Positions 45,850 through 55,888 of a stretch of DNA of 64,000 bases are shown in pieces (position 1 is the stretch's first letter; every line of letters begins with the position of its first letter). Source of the DNA: an uncultured virus (IMG/VR IMGVR_UViG_3300042905_003821) (lineage: Duplodnaviria > Heunggongvirae > Uroviricota > Caudoviricetes); the IMG/VR virus record IMGVR_UViG_3300042905_003821; one strand, given 5' to 3'. Both the position numbers and the translations under genes were made by a program. The notes under the pieces were generated by a model. The model was given only the letters and a program-made list of their open reading frames with translations. It searched no databases and was not told the DNA's origin.

Positions 45850-48800
45850 TTAGGGACTGACGCAGTTGAGGGTGGCTACGTCACCCTCAAATGCGGGTGG
45901 GTTCGCAGGGGTCGGGCAGTTGCAAGGAGATGCACAAGCCTCCATTAGAGTCCACGTCGACCCATCAAGCGACTGATACGTACACTCGGCCCCGACACAG
46001 GGAGCCGGGCCGGATGTGGTCGTAGTGGTCGTGGTTGTGGTCGTAGTCGTCGTGGTGGGCTGCGCGGGGCAACCTGCGGAGCAGGATTGCCCCTGCGCCC
46101 AGTTCTTGGAGAAACTACCCGGTGGCGTGAAACCGTCGACGGAGCAAGACGCTTCGAGGGTGTCGTCTATACAGTATTGGAATACTCCGTACTGGTAGAT
46201 ACAGCACCTTCCGCGAGGGGCTTGGGTGGTAGTTGGTAAGCAGTTGGCTTGCGCACAAGTCTGTCCTGAGTACCACGAACTGCCTTGGTAGTAGTCACAG
46301 TACGATTTCGAGACGTTCTGTTCACACAGCACTGAGGGCGACCCGGCGTTGGGTCGGCAGCACGCTCCATATTGCTGGGTTGTTGTAGGCGGAACAGTGG
46401 GTGGGCATGTGATGCTCACACAGGTGACGCCTTCCCCTTGGAACGTACCTCGGTACGTTCGACAAGCGGCAAACGACACGAACTCGCAACCCCCGTTGAA
46501 GCAGCAAGCCCCCGGACCGGGGGTCGTGGTGGACGTGGTGGTTGAGGGGCCTGCGGTTGTGGTCGGGACGACCGAACCGCAGGCGTACCGGCGAAGATCA
46601 CAGTCAGACTCACTGGCCGTTGGTGGGTATGCGGGGCATGGGCATGTAGTTGGACAAGGATCGTCGATCTTTGTCCAACCGCCTGTTCCGTTCCCTTTGA
46701 ACGCGCAGTATTTGTCACAGGGTTGGGTGGTACAGCACTCGCAGTACGGCGTCCCGCCGGGCGGGGTGTACGTGCATGTGGTTTCTAACACATCGCAGAT
46801 GTTATTGGGGGGAGTCTGCGGTGTGGCGCATCGGCAGCACCCGCCAAAGTCGGAGTCGTAATTACCCTCAGACGGTGGGTACACTCCATCAGCACAGGAA
46901 CACAGCGATGGGTAAGGGACACACTGAGAGGCGGTCTGAAAGTTTGTCCAAACTAAGGCAGATCCATATCCATTACTATACGTCGCAAACCACCTACAGG
47001 CCCCTCGGCAACCTGTGCATGTGTTTGGGTATACAGTCGTTGGTAGGTAGGGTACGCAAGTACCCACGGCTATAGATCCGCAAGGAGGGAAAGTGCCACT
47101 TCCGCTAGGGGCCAGTGTCGCGTTGCAGTAGCACCCGTTCTGACAATCCGATATGTAAACAGGCCCACCTCCGCTCCCGCTAGATCCCCTGTTCGTCCAG
47201 ATAAAGCTACAACTTTGGCCGCAGTTTGCGGGGGTTCTCGTCGTAGTTGTGCTTGTCGTTGTGGTCGTGCTTCCACATACGCACACCCTACCCGATCTCC
47301 AATCGAAGCATTGGTTCGGACCTGTAGTCGTCGTCGGGCACGCAGGCGTGCCCGAGGCCGCCCCTCCGGGCCTACAGAGAGTGCGAACGCACTCTCCTGA
47401 TGTGGCGGGGCAGTAAGTCGGAGGCTCGCAACCGCAAGGCGGTTGCGTGCTTGTGGGCCGTGGGGTCGGGGACGATGTAGTGCTGGTTGTAGTCCCAACC
47501 AAATCTCCGATATGTGAAAGTTCGCAGGCATCACAGGGAGGCCCCGCTACACACGATGTCTCGTACAAGTACATCCCATCAGACGGACTCAGAGATACGC
47601 CGTTTTGGTTTTCCGAAGCATCGAAGAACAACCACGGAGCAGGCGGGTTTGCGGGACGCAAACCCGGCCCACATTGTTGACACACTCGCCAATTCGCCAA
47701 CCATTTCTCGTTGTCATATTGGATGATCTGGTCGGAATCTGGTTTGTTGCTCCAGAACCATTGCTGGTCGGTCAGAGAGAATGCTCGGTAGACAGCCTTA
47801 CCCTCGGTGTACAGGGTGGCGTTCATGGAACAAGGGTTCCTTCCGCAAGGGCTGTCGTGTACCACGACAGGCCCGTTGGGATCGGGGTCGATAGAATCTA
47901 TCGACCCTCGGGGGAACAATGGGAAGTCCCCGGTCGGGCAATCTTGGCAGACGATCCAACCGGCGGCGTATCCCTTGACGGTAGCAGCTCGGTACGTCCC
48001 GGACACGGGCGATCCGAGCAGGCCGTTGGCGATGTTGCAAGTCTGGGGACCGTCAATGGGTCCGCCCGTGGTCGTGGTGGTCGTAGGGCCGGGCGTCGTG
48101 GTCACTACGTACACGCACCTGCTGTCGATCTCCCCGTTGAGGTAGAAGCAGGGATCACCCGCTCCGAAGCAACTGCAAGGAGGCCCACACGTCGTGCCGA
48201 TGACTTGGTACACATAGCCCGTACTCGGCGCAGGCGGCCACGAAGTGGTTCCGCCCGGCGCGGGGGTAGTGGCGGCCACACACCTGAGTCGACATCTCAC
48301 AGACTCGCATGGAACTACAGGAGCGGCGGTCGTCGTGGATGTCGTAGTCGAGGTCGTTGTGGTCGAGGTAGTCGTTGTGGTCGTAGTCGTCGTTGTGGTA
48401 TTGGCACACCCGCCGACTGGCGACTTCCAAGCAAATCCTCCGCCCGTCGCCTCCCCGGCGATGAAGATGCACTCCCCTTGGCAGAGAGGGTCGACGGCGA
48501 CAGCGTTGGGTGTGGCTGTCGTTGTGGTGGCCGTCGATTCGGAGACTAGCTCAGGTCGTTCGTTCGTCCAAGTGCCGTTCTTGTGTCGCCACACTTGAAC
48601 GAAGTCATTGCCGACTCGGAAGTAGTGATTACGGACTTCAATACGGAATGGAATCCCAGTCGGATCTAGCACCGGTACGAGCTTGTCCAGATCGTCATCC
48701 GATCTGTACAAGCAGCACCTAGCAAGACCCGGCCTGACTGAGCCGTCTGATAGCCGGGTCGCCGCAGGCAACCCGGTTTCACAGGGGGGCAACGCCCAAT

Positions 48801-48936
48801 AGACATCAGGCGCAGCTAGGTACTGGCCCTGCGATGCGGGGAGCATCGCAGGGGGCGGGGCCGCTTTGGATTCCCCGTGGAGATTGTCTAGTACCCTACG
48901 ATCTTTCTCGGTCAGAACGTAATGCTTGTTGTCCAT
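45850..48936 (-). CDS. Cys-rich, poly-Thr modular protein; probable tail fibre/receptor-binding protein
   Basis: Last gene of tail module; many Cys-rich modules separated by T-runs; GACC...C...C...G.FQG.G..C...C repeats. Confidence 0.65.
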   Translation of the reverse strand: MDNKHYVLTEKDRRVLDNLHGESKAAPPPAMLPASQGQYLAAPDVYWALPPCETGLPAATRLSDGSVRPGLARCCLYRSDDDLDKLVPVLDPTGIPFRIEVRNHYFRVGNDFVQVWRHKNGTWTNERPELVSESTATTTTATPNAVAVDPLCQGECIFIAGEATGGGFAWKSPVGGCANTTTTTTTTTTTSTTTTSTTTSTTTAAPVVPCESVRCRLRCVAATTPAPGGTTSWPPAPSTGYVYQVIGTTCGPPCSCFGAGDPCFYLNGEIDSRCVYVVTTTPGPTTTTTTGGPIDGPQTCNIANGLLGSPVSGTYRAATVKGYAAGWIVCQDCPTGDFPLFPRGSIDSIDPDPNGPVVVHDSPCGRNPCSMNATLYTEGKAVYRAFSLTDQQWFWSNKPDSDQIIQYDNEKWLANWRVCQQCGPGLRPANPPAPWLFFDASENQNGVSLSPSDGMYLYETSCVAGPPCDACELSHIGDLVGTTTSTTSSPTPRPTSTQPPCGCEPPTYCPATSGECVRTLCRPGGAASGTPACPTTTTGPNQCFDWRSGRVCVCGSTTTTTSTTTTRTPANCGQSCSFIWTNRGSSGSGGGPVYISDCQNGCYCNATLAPSGSGTFPPCGSIAVGTCVPYLPTTVYPNTCTGCRGACRWFATYSNGYGSALVWTNFQTASQCVPYPSLCSCADGVYPPSEGNYDSDFGGCCRCATPQTPPNNICDVLETTCTYTPPGGTPYCECCTTQPCDKYCAFKGNGTGGWTKIDDPCPTTCPCPAYPPTASESDCDLRRYACGSVVPTTTAGPSTTTSTTTPGPGACCFNGGCEFVSFAACRTYRGTFQGEGVTCVSITCPPTVPPTTTQQYGACCRPNAGSPSVLCEQNVSKSYCDYYQGSSWYSGQTCAQANCLPTTTQAPRGRCCIYQYGVFQYCIDDTLEASCSVDGFTPPGSFSKNWAQGQSCSAGCPAQPTTTTTTTTTTTTTTSGPAPCVGAECTYQSLDGSTWTLMEACASPCNCPTPANPPAFEGDVATLNCVSP

Positions 48937-49403
48937 CAGACAGGGGCCGCTGTTATGTGTAGGAGAGCCGTGGCTCTGGTGCATTTAGCAAACAAAGGGC
49001 CTTTGAATTGGCCGAACATCATTCTATCGGGTCCAATGGTTCCTACCATTTTTTCGGAATCCCAGATTTCGATCACGTTTCGACGTTGCTCTTGGGCAAA
49101 TGAATCGGCCAAGTCGGCCTTTGGCGATAGTTGGGGCATCTTATGCCCCAACACGACTTCGCATTTGTCGAGGTCCAACCCAGGAATCACAATGGCTGTC
49201 GGACTCCCCGGCTGAACGCGAAGCGTCAGTTGGGTGCATGTTCCTCTGCCCGTGGGGGTTAATCGGTCGTAGGCCCACCTGACATCGGTAGTAGCTCCGG
49301 TGTCCCACTCCAGGTAGTGCGCGTGCAGGACGACCGTGAAACGGTCGTCCGCTTTGGGGGAGCCTACAGTGCGGAAAACTTGTTCTTCTTGCTTGTTGCC
49401 CAT
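48936..49403 (-). CDS. Tail-module hypothetical protein
   Basis: Position downstream of tape measure. Confidence 0.6.
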   Translation of the reverse strand: MGNKQEEQVFRTVGSPKADDRFTVVLHAHYLEWDTGATTDVRWAYDRLTPTGRGTCTQLTLRVQPGSPTAIVIPGLDLDKCEVVLGHKMPQLSPKADLADSFAQEQRRNVIEIWDSEKMVGTIGPDRMMFGQFKGPLFAKCTRATALLHITAAPV

Positions 49404-49404
49404 G

Positions 49405-50370
49405 TTAGTTGATTGAGGTTGGAATTCCGAGAAGTAGTAAATTGGATTCGTGGGCGATCTCGCGCATTTGAATCAGCGGACCCTCCGGGTCGCTTTCGCC
49501 GGGATTTAGATTCACGCCGAACACATCTTCGATGTACGGGTTTCGGGTCGGGTTGGCTGGCCTTCCTGACTTGTTCAAGATAACAGGTCCAGAATTTTCG
49601 CCTAGTTTATCTTTCTGTATGGCGAAATCGGTGGGGAATACCGGGGCTGTGTTCGGCAGAAGCGTTTTCATGCCTACGGCTGGGATGAATTTGTTGAATG
49701 TCTCTAGGTTCGTCTCAAACGTGTAACTGATCTTGTAGTAGTAGAAACAACTCCCATACAAAACCCGCTCCCACTTCGCATCGACAAACCGAACGCACCG
49801 CTTCGGGAATCCCCAAAGCGGAGCATCGTTGAGTTTGTTGAGCAGCATCGTAATCAAACTCAGCGGCAAGATCGCTGAGTTGAAAGAAATCGTCACTGTG
49901 GGGAAGCTAATCTTTTCTTCGACTTCGGGTCCGAGCATCTGCTCATAATTGACGTGATGCAGCGGCGTGCCGAAGCGATCCGTTTTCATCTCGCGACTCA
50001 CATGCGTGAAGTCGCCCGAGATGTTGTAGGGCTCCAACAGTGGGTTGTCGATCTGGGTGTCGTTGCACCTTATCATAGGCTTGGTTGTGAACTTGTTGGT
50101 CACAATCCAACTCTGGCAAGGTTCCCCTTCCTGCAAGTCCTGGTGGACCGATATAGACAAGTCAGGCGTACAAAATGCCCAAGGGTCGTAGTCGTTGTCC
50201 AAACTGTAGGCAGAGCCCACAGGGAACAACAGGTTGACGGTCTGCAAGACCGTCTCGGGTCCGTCCAAATAGTCGCTTGTTCTCAGGAGCCAAGACAGGT
50301 TGTAGGTGCGATGCCCTTCTTCGTCTCGGGTCATCGACTGACTGCGCAAACCGACGAGTGTGGTCACCAT
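49405..50370 (-). CDS. Tail tip/distal tail-like protein
   Basis: Immediately downstream of tape measure; beta-rich, 321 aa. Confidence 0.6.
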   Translation of the reverse strand: MVTTLVGLRSQSMTRDEEGHRTYNLSWLLRTSDYLDGPETVLQTVNLLFPVGSAYSLDNDYDPWAFCTPDLSISVHQDLQEGEPCQSWIVTNKFTTKPMIRCNDTQIDNPLLEPYNISGDFTHVSREMKTDRFGTPLHHVNYEQMLGPEVEEKISFPTVTISFNSAILPLSLITMLLNKLNDAPLWGFPKRCVRFVDAKWERVLYGSCFYYYKISYTFETNLETFNKFIPAVGMKTLLPNTAPVFPTDFAIQKDKLGENSGPVILNKSGRPANPTRNPYIEDVFGVNLNPGESDPEGPLIQMREIAHESNLLLLGIPTSIN

Positions 50371-53300
50371 TACGGGGTCGCTCCTGGACCTGCTACACTA
50401 GCAGGCTGTAGTGTCACTTGCGGCGCGCCTCGCAGCGCGTTGTAAATCAGATTCAACAGGTTGTTTGTCTGTTGCTGGGCAGCAAGCTGCGGGTTGGCCT
50501 TCGGAGTCGCCATGCGACCCGCCTGTTCGGCCAGCAGCTTGCTGTAGTCGGACCCAGTGGCCGACATCGCCTCGGTCACTTTGTTGTCCGAGGCTCCCGC
50601 TCCGAAGCTCCCGAAGCCGGGGCCTGAGTAAGCCGCAGCGTCGGGTAATTCGGGGGCCTTCGGGGGCGCAGGCATCTTAGGTGTGTCGAACTTCAATCCC
50701 GTCAGTTCAGGCGTACTGGCTTGGAATCCTTCCAAGCCAGTTTGCATGTTGGCAAATTCACTTTCTAACACGCCTTTGACACCTTCCAACAACCCTTTGT
50801 CAAGGGTTGTTTGGATGTCTTGGGTCATGGCAGCGGCGGCTGCGTCGATGCCCATGCCTTCAACCAGAACGTCATACAACGCGCCTGGGTCGAACAAGTT
50901 CTCCCAGACTCGCGACATGAACGAACCAAACTTCTTCCACTTATCTTCGAGCCAAGTGAAGATTTTGATGAAGCCTGAAACCATAGCTTCGTAGATACGC
51001 CCGTCGAACAACGAATACCAAGTATCGACAAGCCACGTTGAGAACACAACCATGAGGCGAGCCACAGCCCTAAAGGCGACCGAAGCATTGTTGAGCATCG
51101 CTCCGAAGAATCGCATAGTCAGGTCCATCATGTCGGGTATGATGGTACTCCAATTAGCCAGAAGCCACTTGCTGATGACCATCCAGTTATGGCCGAAGTT
51201 GTACAGAAACCCTGTCGCAGAATCAAAGAACCATGCGACCGTGGCGTACAAATTTAGGAATGCGTCGTAGACCGATCCCGGCCCCCAAATCTGGGCGGCT
51301 ATGTAGGCGACGGCAAGACCGGCGGCTACTGCTCCGGCTACGATTAAAGCGAAGGGACTTGTGACTATGCTGACCAGCAACGAGATGCCCATAGCCAATG
51401 CGCGGAACACAAAGACGATTCGATTGAGCATCGAGAACACTGACTGGCTCCACCACATTAGACTAGCCATCGCAAAGCCGACAGCGTGGAAAGCCAACGC
51501 CGCCACGAACACGTTCTTGGCGATATTGACCATTCTCGCAGCCATCTGCTGTCCGGCTGGGGTCTGTAGATACTTCTCGAACATTTTCAAATAGCCAATG
51601 GCCGACTTCAAAGCCTTAATGAGATCTTTCTCAAGCGAGGCTATGAACCCTATCTTCAAGTTCTGTACAGTCTCTTTAAGTTGGTTACGAAGGCCGGGAA
51701 GTGTGTTCGCCATGATCTTCTGCATGTTGGCGAATCTTCCGCCTGCGGAAGTTTCCATCCTGAGAGCTTCGGTGACTTGATCGGCTGAGATCGCACCAGC
51801 TTCCATGAGCTTTCGCAGTTCGAGCATTGACTTACCAGTCACTCGACTCATAGTCTCCAAAGGGTTAAAACCCTGCTCAGTCAACTGTCGCAGTTCGTTC
51901 CCCTGCAACCTACCGTTGGCGGTGATCTGGGACATAGCAAAAGAAAGCCTGTCGAACCGAAGCTCACTGCCCCCGGCAACATCACCGAGCATCTTCATGT
52001 GTTCCAGCGCGGACTTCGCCGAGAGTCCATACGACATCATGTTCCGAGTGGCCTCGGTCAGCCCAAGCCGAGTAAACGAAGTTTTCTCGGCGTGGTCTTT
52101 GATCTCGGCCATGACAACAGATGCGGCCTGGGCATTCCCTGTGAATGCGTACAGCCCCGCCTCGGCCATCTTTATATTGCCATACAGATCCAACATCCCC
52201 TGACCAGAGGAAACCAACGCTCGTATTGCATTGGCGTGCATGTAGATGTCAGCGCGGGACGTAAGGCCCGATCCCAGACCACCGCCACCTCCCATTTGAC
52301 CGAAACCACCTCCGCGACCTCCGCGAGCTTGAGCCGACGCGCTGGCTCGTATTTGAGTAGAGACTACCCTACCTGCTTCTCGGATGGCTGCTGATCCCAT
52401 TTGGGAAGCCCCTCGTATGGCTGTCGAAGCTACCTGCCCGGCAGATCGGATGCCAGTAGAGATGACACCTGCGGCGGATCTCCCTAAATTCGACACGGTT
52501 CTACCAAAGGTGGCGAACATACTACTGGCTGCTCTAGCAGTGGCCGCATAGCCTTGCACAGCAGACCTTATGGCTTGGCTTGCGATCTGCCCAGCAGATC
52601 GAATGGCTTGGCTAGTTACTTGCCCAGCAGACCGAATAGCACCCGAAACAATCTGACCCACAGATCGAATAGCTTGACCCGCCACTTGACCCGCAGATCT
52701 TATGGCTTGGCTAGCTACTTGTCCAGCAGATCGAATAGCTTGACTGACTAATTGAGCAGATGCTCGTATCCCCGCAGAGACGACCTGCCCGACGACCCGC
52801 AAAGTCGCCGTGACCATCGCTAGTGTACTAACCACGGCTCGGAACGCAGAGGAGATTATCATAGCCGAGGATCGAACTATGTTGGCTGCGCTTCTAAACC
52901 CCGCCACCGTCGCATTGGATATAGATCTGAACACCGAGGAGATCGCAGGCATCGTCGACATAAACGCCGTCCGAATGATCGACCCCATACCACGTATCGA
53001 GTGAGTCAGTACATTCCCGGTTTGTGTAACTGCCACGCTCAGAAACTTGAACATACTCTGAACGGAATTAGAAAGGTGCGGTGCGCTGCTTTTGATTGCG
53101 TCGGATATGCTTTTAGCTACGCTGGCTCCGGCGGCAACTATCACAGCCCCCGTACTAGGCCCCCCGCCCCCAGAAAGACCTGGGAATGTCCCTTTTTGGA
53201 GCTTCGAGTAGATAGCATCTACCTTACGGAGTTTCGTAAGCATCGAGTCGAGTTGACGAGCCAACGACGTGAACCGGATATTCCCTAAATCTTTCAGCAC

Positions 53301-53516
53301 ACTTCGTGTCTGCTGACTTTGTGTCAGCAGGGATTGCATCTGTATACCGTTGAGCGAATCGGCTATTTGCTTTGCGGCCAGTGCGGCTGATCGAAGATCA
53401 GCCGACACCATACCTAATCCCGAAAGTGCCTTCGTTAATTTTCCGATCTTCTTGTTAAAATCGGAATCGTCCGCAAGAATCCGAACACGGATTGGAGGCA
53501 GTTCTCGCTCGGCCAT
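50370..53516 (-). CDS. Tape measure protein
   Basis: 1048 aa helical; 11-aa AIRSAGQVASQ repeats; tape-measure core (LGDVA.G...QI...GRLQG.ELRQL.E.G). Confidence 0.93.
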   Translation of the reverse strand: MAERELPPIRVRILADDSDFNKKIGKLTKALSGLGMVSADLRSAALAAKQIADSLNGIQMQSLLTQSQQTRSVLKDLGNIRFTSLARQLDSMLTKLRKVDAIYSKLQKGTFPGLSGGGGPSTGAVIVAAGASVAKSISDAIKSSAPHLSNSVQSMFKFLSVAVTQTGNVLTHSIRGMGSIIRTAFMSTMPAISSVFRSISNATVAGFRSAANIVRSSAMIISSAFRAVVSTLAMVTATLRVVGQVVSAGIRASAQLVSQAIRSAGQVASQAIRSAGQVAGQAIRSVGQIVSGAIRSAGQVTSQAIRSAGQIASQAIRSAVQGYAATARAASSMFATFGRTVSNLGRSAAGVISTGIRSAGQVASTAIRGASQMGSAAIREAGRVVSTQIRASASAQARGGRGGGFGQMGGGGGLGSGLTSRADIYMHANAIRALVSSGQGMLDLYGNIKMAEAGLYAFTGNAQAASVVMAEIKDHAEKTSFTRLGLTEATRNMMSYGLSAKSALEHMKMLGDVAGGSELRFDRLSFAMSQITANGRLQGNELRQLTEQGFNPLETMSRVTGKSMLELRKLMEAGAISADQVTEALRMETSAGGRFANMQKIMANTLPGLRNQLKETVQNLKIGFIASLEKDLIKALKSAIGYLKMFEKYLQTPAGQQMAARMVNIAKNVFVAALAFHAVGFAMASLMWWSQSVFSMLNRIVFVFRALAMGISLLVSIVTSPFALIVAGAVAAGLAVAYIAAQIWGPGSVYDAFLNLYATVAWFFDSATGFLYNFGHNWMVISKWLLANWSTIIPDMMDLTMRFFGAMLNNASVAFRAVARLMVVFSTWLVDTWYSLFDGRIYEAMVSGFIKIFTWLEDKWKKFGSFMSRVWENLFDPGALYDVLVEGMGIDAAAAAMTQDIQTTLDKGLLEGVKGVLESEFANMQTGLEGFQASTPELTGLKFDTPKMPAPPKAPELPDAAAYSGPGFGSFGAGASDNKVTEAMSATGSDYSKLLAEQAGRMATPKANPQLAAQQQTNNLLNLIYNALRGAPQVTLQPASVAGPGATP

Positions 53517-53845
53517 TACTCAGTCTCCTGTCCCATCCCTAAAATGCGAAACCAAATGCTTCGCGAGTCTTGGGTGTTGGTTTGTCGAGTGTTCGGTGTC
53601 TTGAAGTCCAACAAAAAGTCACCCACGTTGCGGGACACTTTCGCTCCCTGGGAAGCGAAAATGGCCCGTATCGTAGCCGCAGCGTAGTAGTCTGACTTGT
53701 CTGAATAGGACATGCGTTCTTCAAAGTACGCCTGCCATTCGTCAAATTCAGACACCGTGGTCAACTGCTTAATCAACGATACGGGCCATCCGAGTTCATG
53801 CGCCAGCTTGTACCAAAGGTACTGTTCTGGCGTTAATCGTTTTTT
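53516..53845 (-). CDS. Tail assembly chaperone, -1 frameshift extension (T segment)
   Basis: -1 frame RLTPEQYLWYKLAHELGWPVSLIKQLTTVSEFDEWQAYF is open from slippery site A-AAA-AAC at 53845-53839. Confidence 0.8.
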   Translation of the reverse strand, partial: KKRLTPEQYLWYKLAHELGWPVSLIKQLTTVSEFDEWQAYFEERMSYSDKSDYYAAATIRAIFASQGAKVSRNVGDFLLDFKTPNTRQTNTQDSRSIWFRILGMGQETE

Positions 53846-54198
53846 GAGTCGTCTCCCTGCTTGGCGTTAAGCCCGTTGAGGTCGCGAGCGACCTCAAACA
53901 ACGCCTTCTGCGCCGTATCGGGCCATTCCTGAATCTTCGATTCGGGGATGGCCTTGCCGTCTGTGTCGTAGAGACAGAACGACAGCAAGGTGCTGTACAG
54001 CCCCTTGTAGTCTTTCATGCCGACGACTTCACCACTCGCATCGCGAGTGGTTCGGCTTGCGGTCTTGTTGAAGTATTCGTCCCGCTGAGCCCCGTTCATC
54101 TCCTTGACGGAGTAGCGAACGTATTCACCTTCGGTGATTTCGAGTTCGACAGGTTGCGACTTGCGGAGGATTGAGACACGTACTACTGGTTCGGACAT
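53833..54198 (-). CDS. Tail assembly chaperone (G segment)
   Basis: Between tail tube and tape measure; ends in slippery heptamer. Confidence 0.82.
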   Translation of the reverse strand: MSEPVVRVSILRKSQPVELEITEGEYVRYSVKEMNGAQRDEYFNKTASRTTRDASGEVVGMKDYKGLYSTLLSFCLYDTDGKAIPESKIQEWPDTAQKALFEVARDLNGLNAKQGDDSKND

Positions 54199-54218
54199 AA
54201 TCAGGTCACCCTTCTGCT

Positions 54219-54247
54219 AAAAAAAAGGCGAACACAAGTGTTCGCCT
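54219..54247 (-). terminator. Rho-independent terminator after tail tube gene
   Basis: AGGCGAACAC-aa-GTGTTCGCCT with A run (U run on minus strand). Confidence 0.8.
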
Positions 54248-54270
54248 GAAACAAACAAGTGTCGAGACGC

Positions 54271-54735
54271 TTACGGAGCAAGCGTCGTGGTGGTCGTGGT
54301 CGCCGTGGTTCCCGTGGCAAGAACCGGAGCGGTTTCCACTGGGGTTGCAGCGGTGGACAGGTTGCTTGGAATCAATTCCAAAGTAGCCTGGGGTCGTTCA
54401 CCTTCCTTGAGTGCGTCCGGCGTGAACTTGTTCACGACGGCGTAGAAGCTCAAAGTAGCTCCATCTGGGAAGGTAATGACGATGAATCGGTTCGACCCGA
54501 GGATGTTGTGCATCTGGCCGATGACCGCAGGGTCATAGGCCACGACAATAGAGCTAGGACCGAAGGTAACCAACTTCTTTCCGACGTTGGTTCGATAGCG
54601 GTTGTTCCGCATCGTGGTCTGGTCGATGACGCCGTTGGCGTCCAACTCGGGTGGCGTTACTTCGATTTCCTCGAAAAGTGCCGTGATCCCAGAGATGGCG
54701 ATCAGTGTTTTGAATCCGTCAGGCAGCTTAGGCAT
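54271..54735 (-). CDS. Major tail (tube) protein with Thr-rich C-terminus
   Basis: VTPP...IDQTTM...YDP...ITFPDG...F.A; position; tail TGTTATTTTTTLAP. Confidence 0.8.
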   Translation of the reverse strand: MPKLPDGFKTLIAISGITALFEEIEVTPPELDANGVIDQTTMRNNRYRTNVGKKLVTFGPSSIVVAYDPAVIGQMHNILGSNRFIVITFPDGATLSFYAVVNKFTPDALKEGERPQATLELIPSNLSTAATPVETAPVLATGTTATTTTTTLAP

Positions 54736-54738
54736 CGT

Positions 54739-55131
54739 TTACCCCGTAATGGTCAGCAGGAATTGTTGTGCGTAGTGGTATCGCCGGGTCTGTTGCTCTT
54801 GCCCAGAGAATCCTATTGTATTAGATTTGGTAATGACTTGCAATTTTTGGCCGTCCGACAGCGGGAATCTATACACGGATTCCGTCATGTCGGAGATTTG
54901 CCTGAGGATTCCGCCTGCGGCGGAATCCACGCCCCTAACACGGACTTCAACGCGAGGATGCTCCTCGCGTTTTCCGGTGCGATGGAGGCGAGGTTCGAGT
55001 CGGCCTCTGCCGATCTCGTAGATCAGGATCGCGTTGTCGGGCTCGTCGGGGACGTGGTTGACGAAGATCGAATATCCCAAGTTTGGGAGATTCGCTTCGA
55101 TCACTTCTGCTAATGCTTCTGCGCCGGTCAT
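54739..55131 (-). CDS. Tail terminator / minor capsid-like protein
   Basis: PDEPDNAI.IY...P.VEV.VRG...R...F; position. Confidence 0.7.
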   Translation of the reverse strand: MTGAEALAEVIEANLPNLGYSIFVNHVPDEPDNAILIYEIGRGRLEPRLHRTGKREEHPRVEVRVRGVDSAAGGILRQISDMTESVYRFPLSDGQKLQVITKSNTIGFSGQEQQTRRYHYAQQFLLTITG

Positions 55132-55544
55132 ACTCTGGACATCTCCTGTACGATCAGGTTGCTCATATCTTCCGAGAAGTAGTCGATCCCATGAACAATC
55201 CACTCGTCGGTCGTGACGGGGAACAACGCCCCTGCGATGTCCTCATGCTGTCTGCGAGCGTACAGTTCGGGTTGTTGGGGGTAGTCCCTACCCTCTCGGT
55301 AGTAATCGGTAGTGATCTTCGCCCCGTACCCGATGATGGTTTCCGTTTGGAAACCCTCCTTCTCCTGAAACCAGACTCCGGATTCCCGAAGGGCTCCGGT
55401 TTCGTACTTGACCAGAACGTCCGTTCTGTTCAAGAACGTCTCGGCGGCATCCTCACAGCCTTTTGCAAAGGCTGTGCCGAGGCTCTTGGCATACTTGCCA
55501 AGAGCTTTCTCTAATTCCGGGAGTCCTAGTACCGTGACTTTCAT
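55128..55544 (-). CDS. HK97 gp10-like neck protein
   Basis: V.GL.EL...V..ETGALRES...YA..QHE. Confidence 0.7.
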   Translation of the reverse strand: MKVTVLGLPELEKALGKYAKSLGTAFAKGCEDAAETFLNRTDVLVKYETGALRESGVWFQEKEGFQTETIIGYGAKITTDYYREGRDYPQQPELYARRQHEDIAGALFPVTTDEWIVHGIDYFSEDMSNLIVQEMSRV

Positions 55545-55888
55545 TACCCACAAGCCTCGTACAGAGTCTCGGTGTTCCGCAGGTTGGGGGTCATCGACGA
55601 GTCGATGACCTCGTACACGTCTGGATTCTGCTTAGGGTTGTCCCAGTAGGCTGTGTCGGCCAGCGTCCCGAGTCGCATCAGTCCGCCTACCTGTAGGCGG
55701 ACTTGCGTGATCGTTTGCACCCGAGACATGACTCGGGTGTTGGTGTTGGAAATCACTTCCTTGAGCATTTCCTCCCACCGGCAGGTGTACTCGACCGGCG
55801 AACCCCAGATGGGTTCGCCGGTCTTTTGTGTGCCAACCCTAGGCCAAAAGACCAGGGTTTGGCGTTGGCATCGCTTAATAAGTGACAT
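55544..55888 (-). CDS. Head closure / head-tail joining protein
   Basis: QTLVFW...GEP.WG.PV...CRWE; position. Confidence 0.65.
   Translation of the reverse strand: MSLIKRCQRQTLVFWPRVGTQKTGEPIWGSPVEYTCRWEEMLKEVISNTNTRVMSRVQTITQVRLQVGGLMRLGTLADTAYWDNPKQNPDVYEVIDSSMTPNLRNTETLYEACG

Noticed and set aside
45850..48936. Diversity-generating retroelement target
   Set aside because: No reverse transcriptase and no adenine-variant template/variable repeat pair seen in the window
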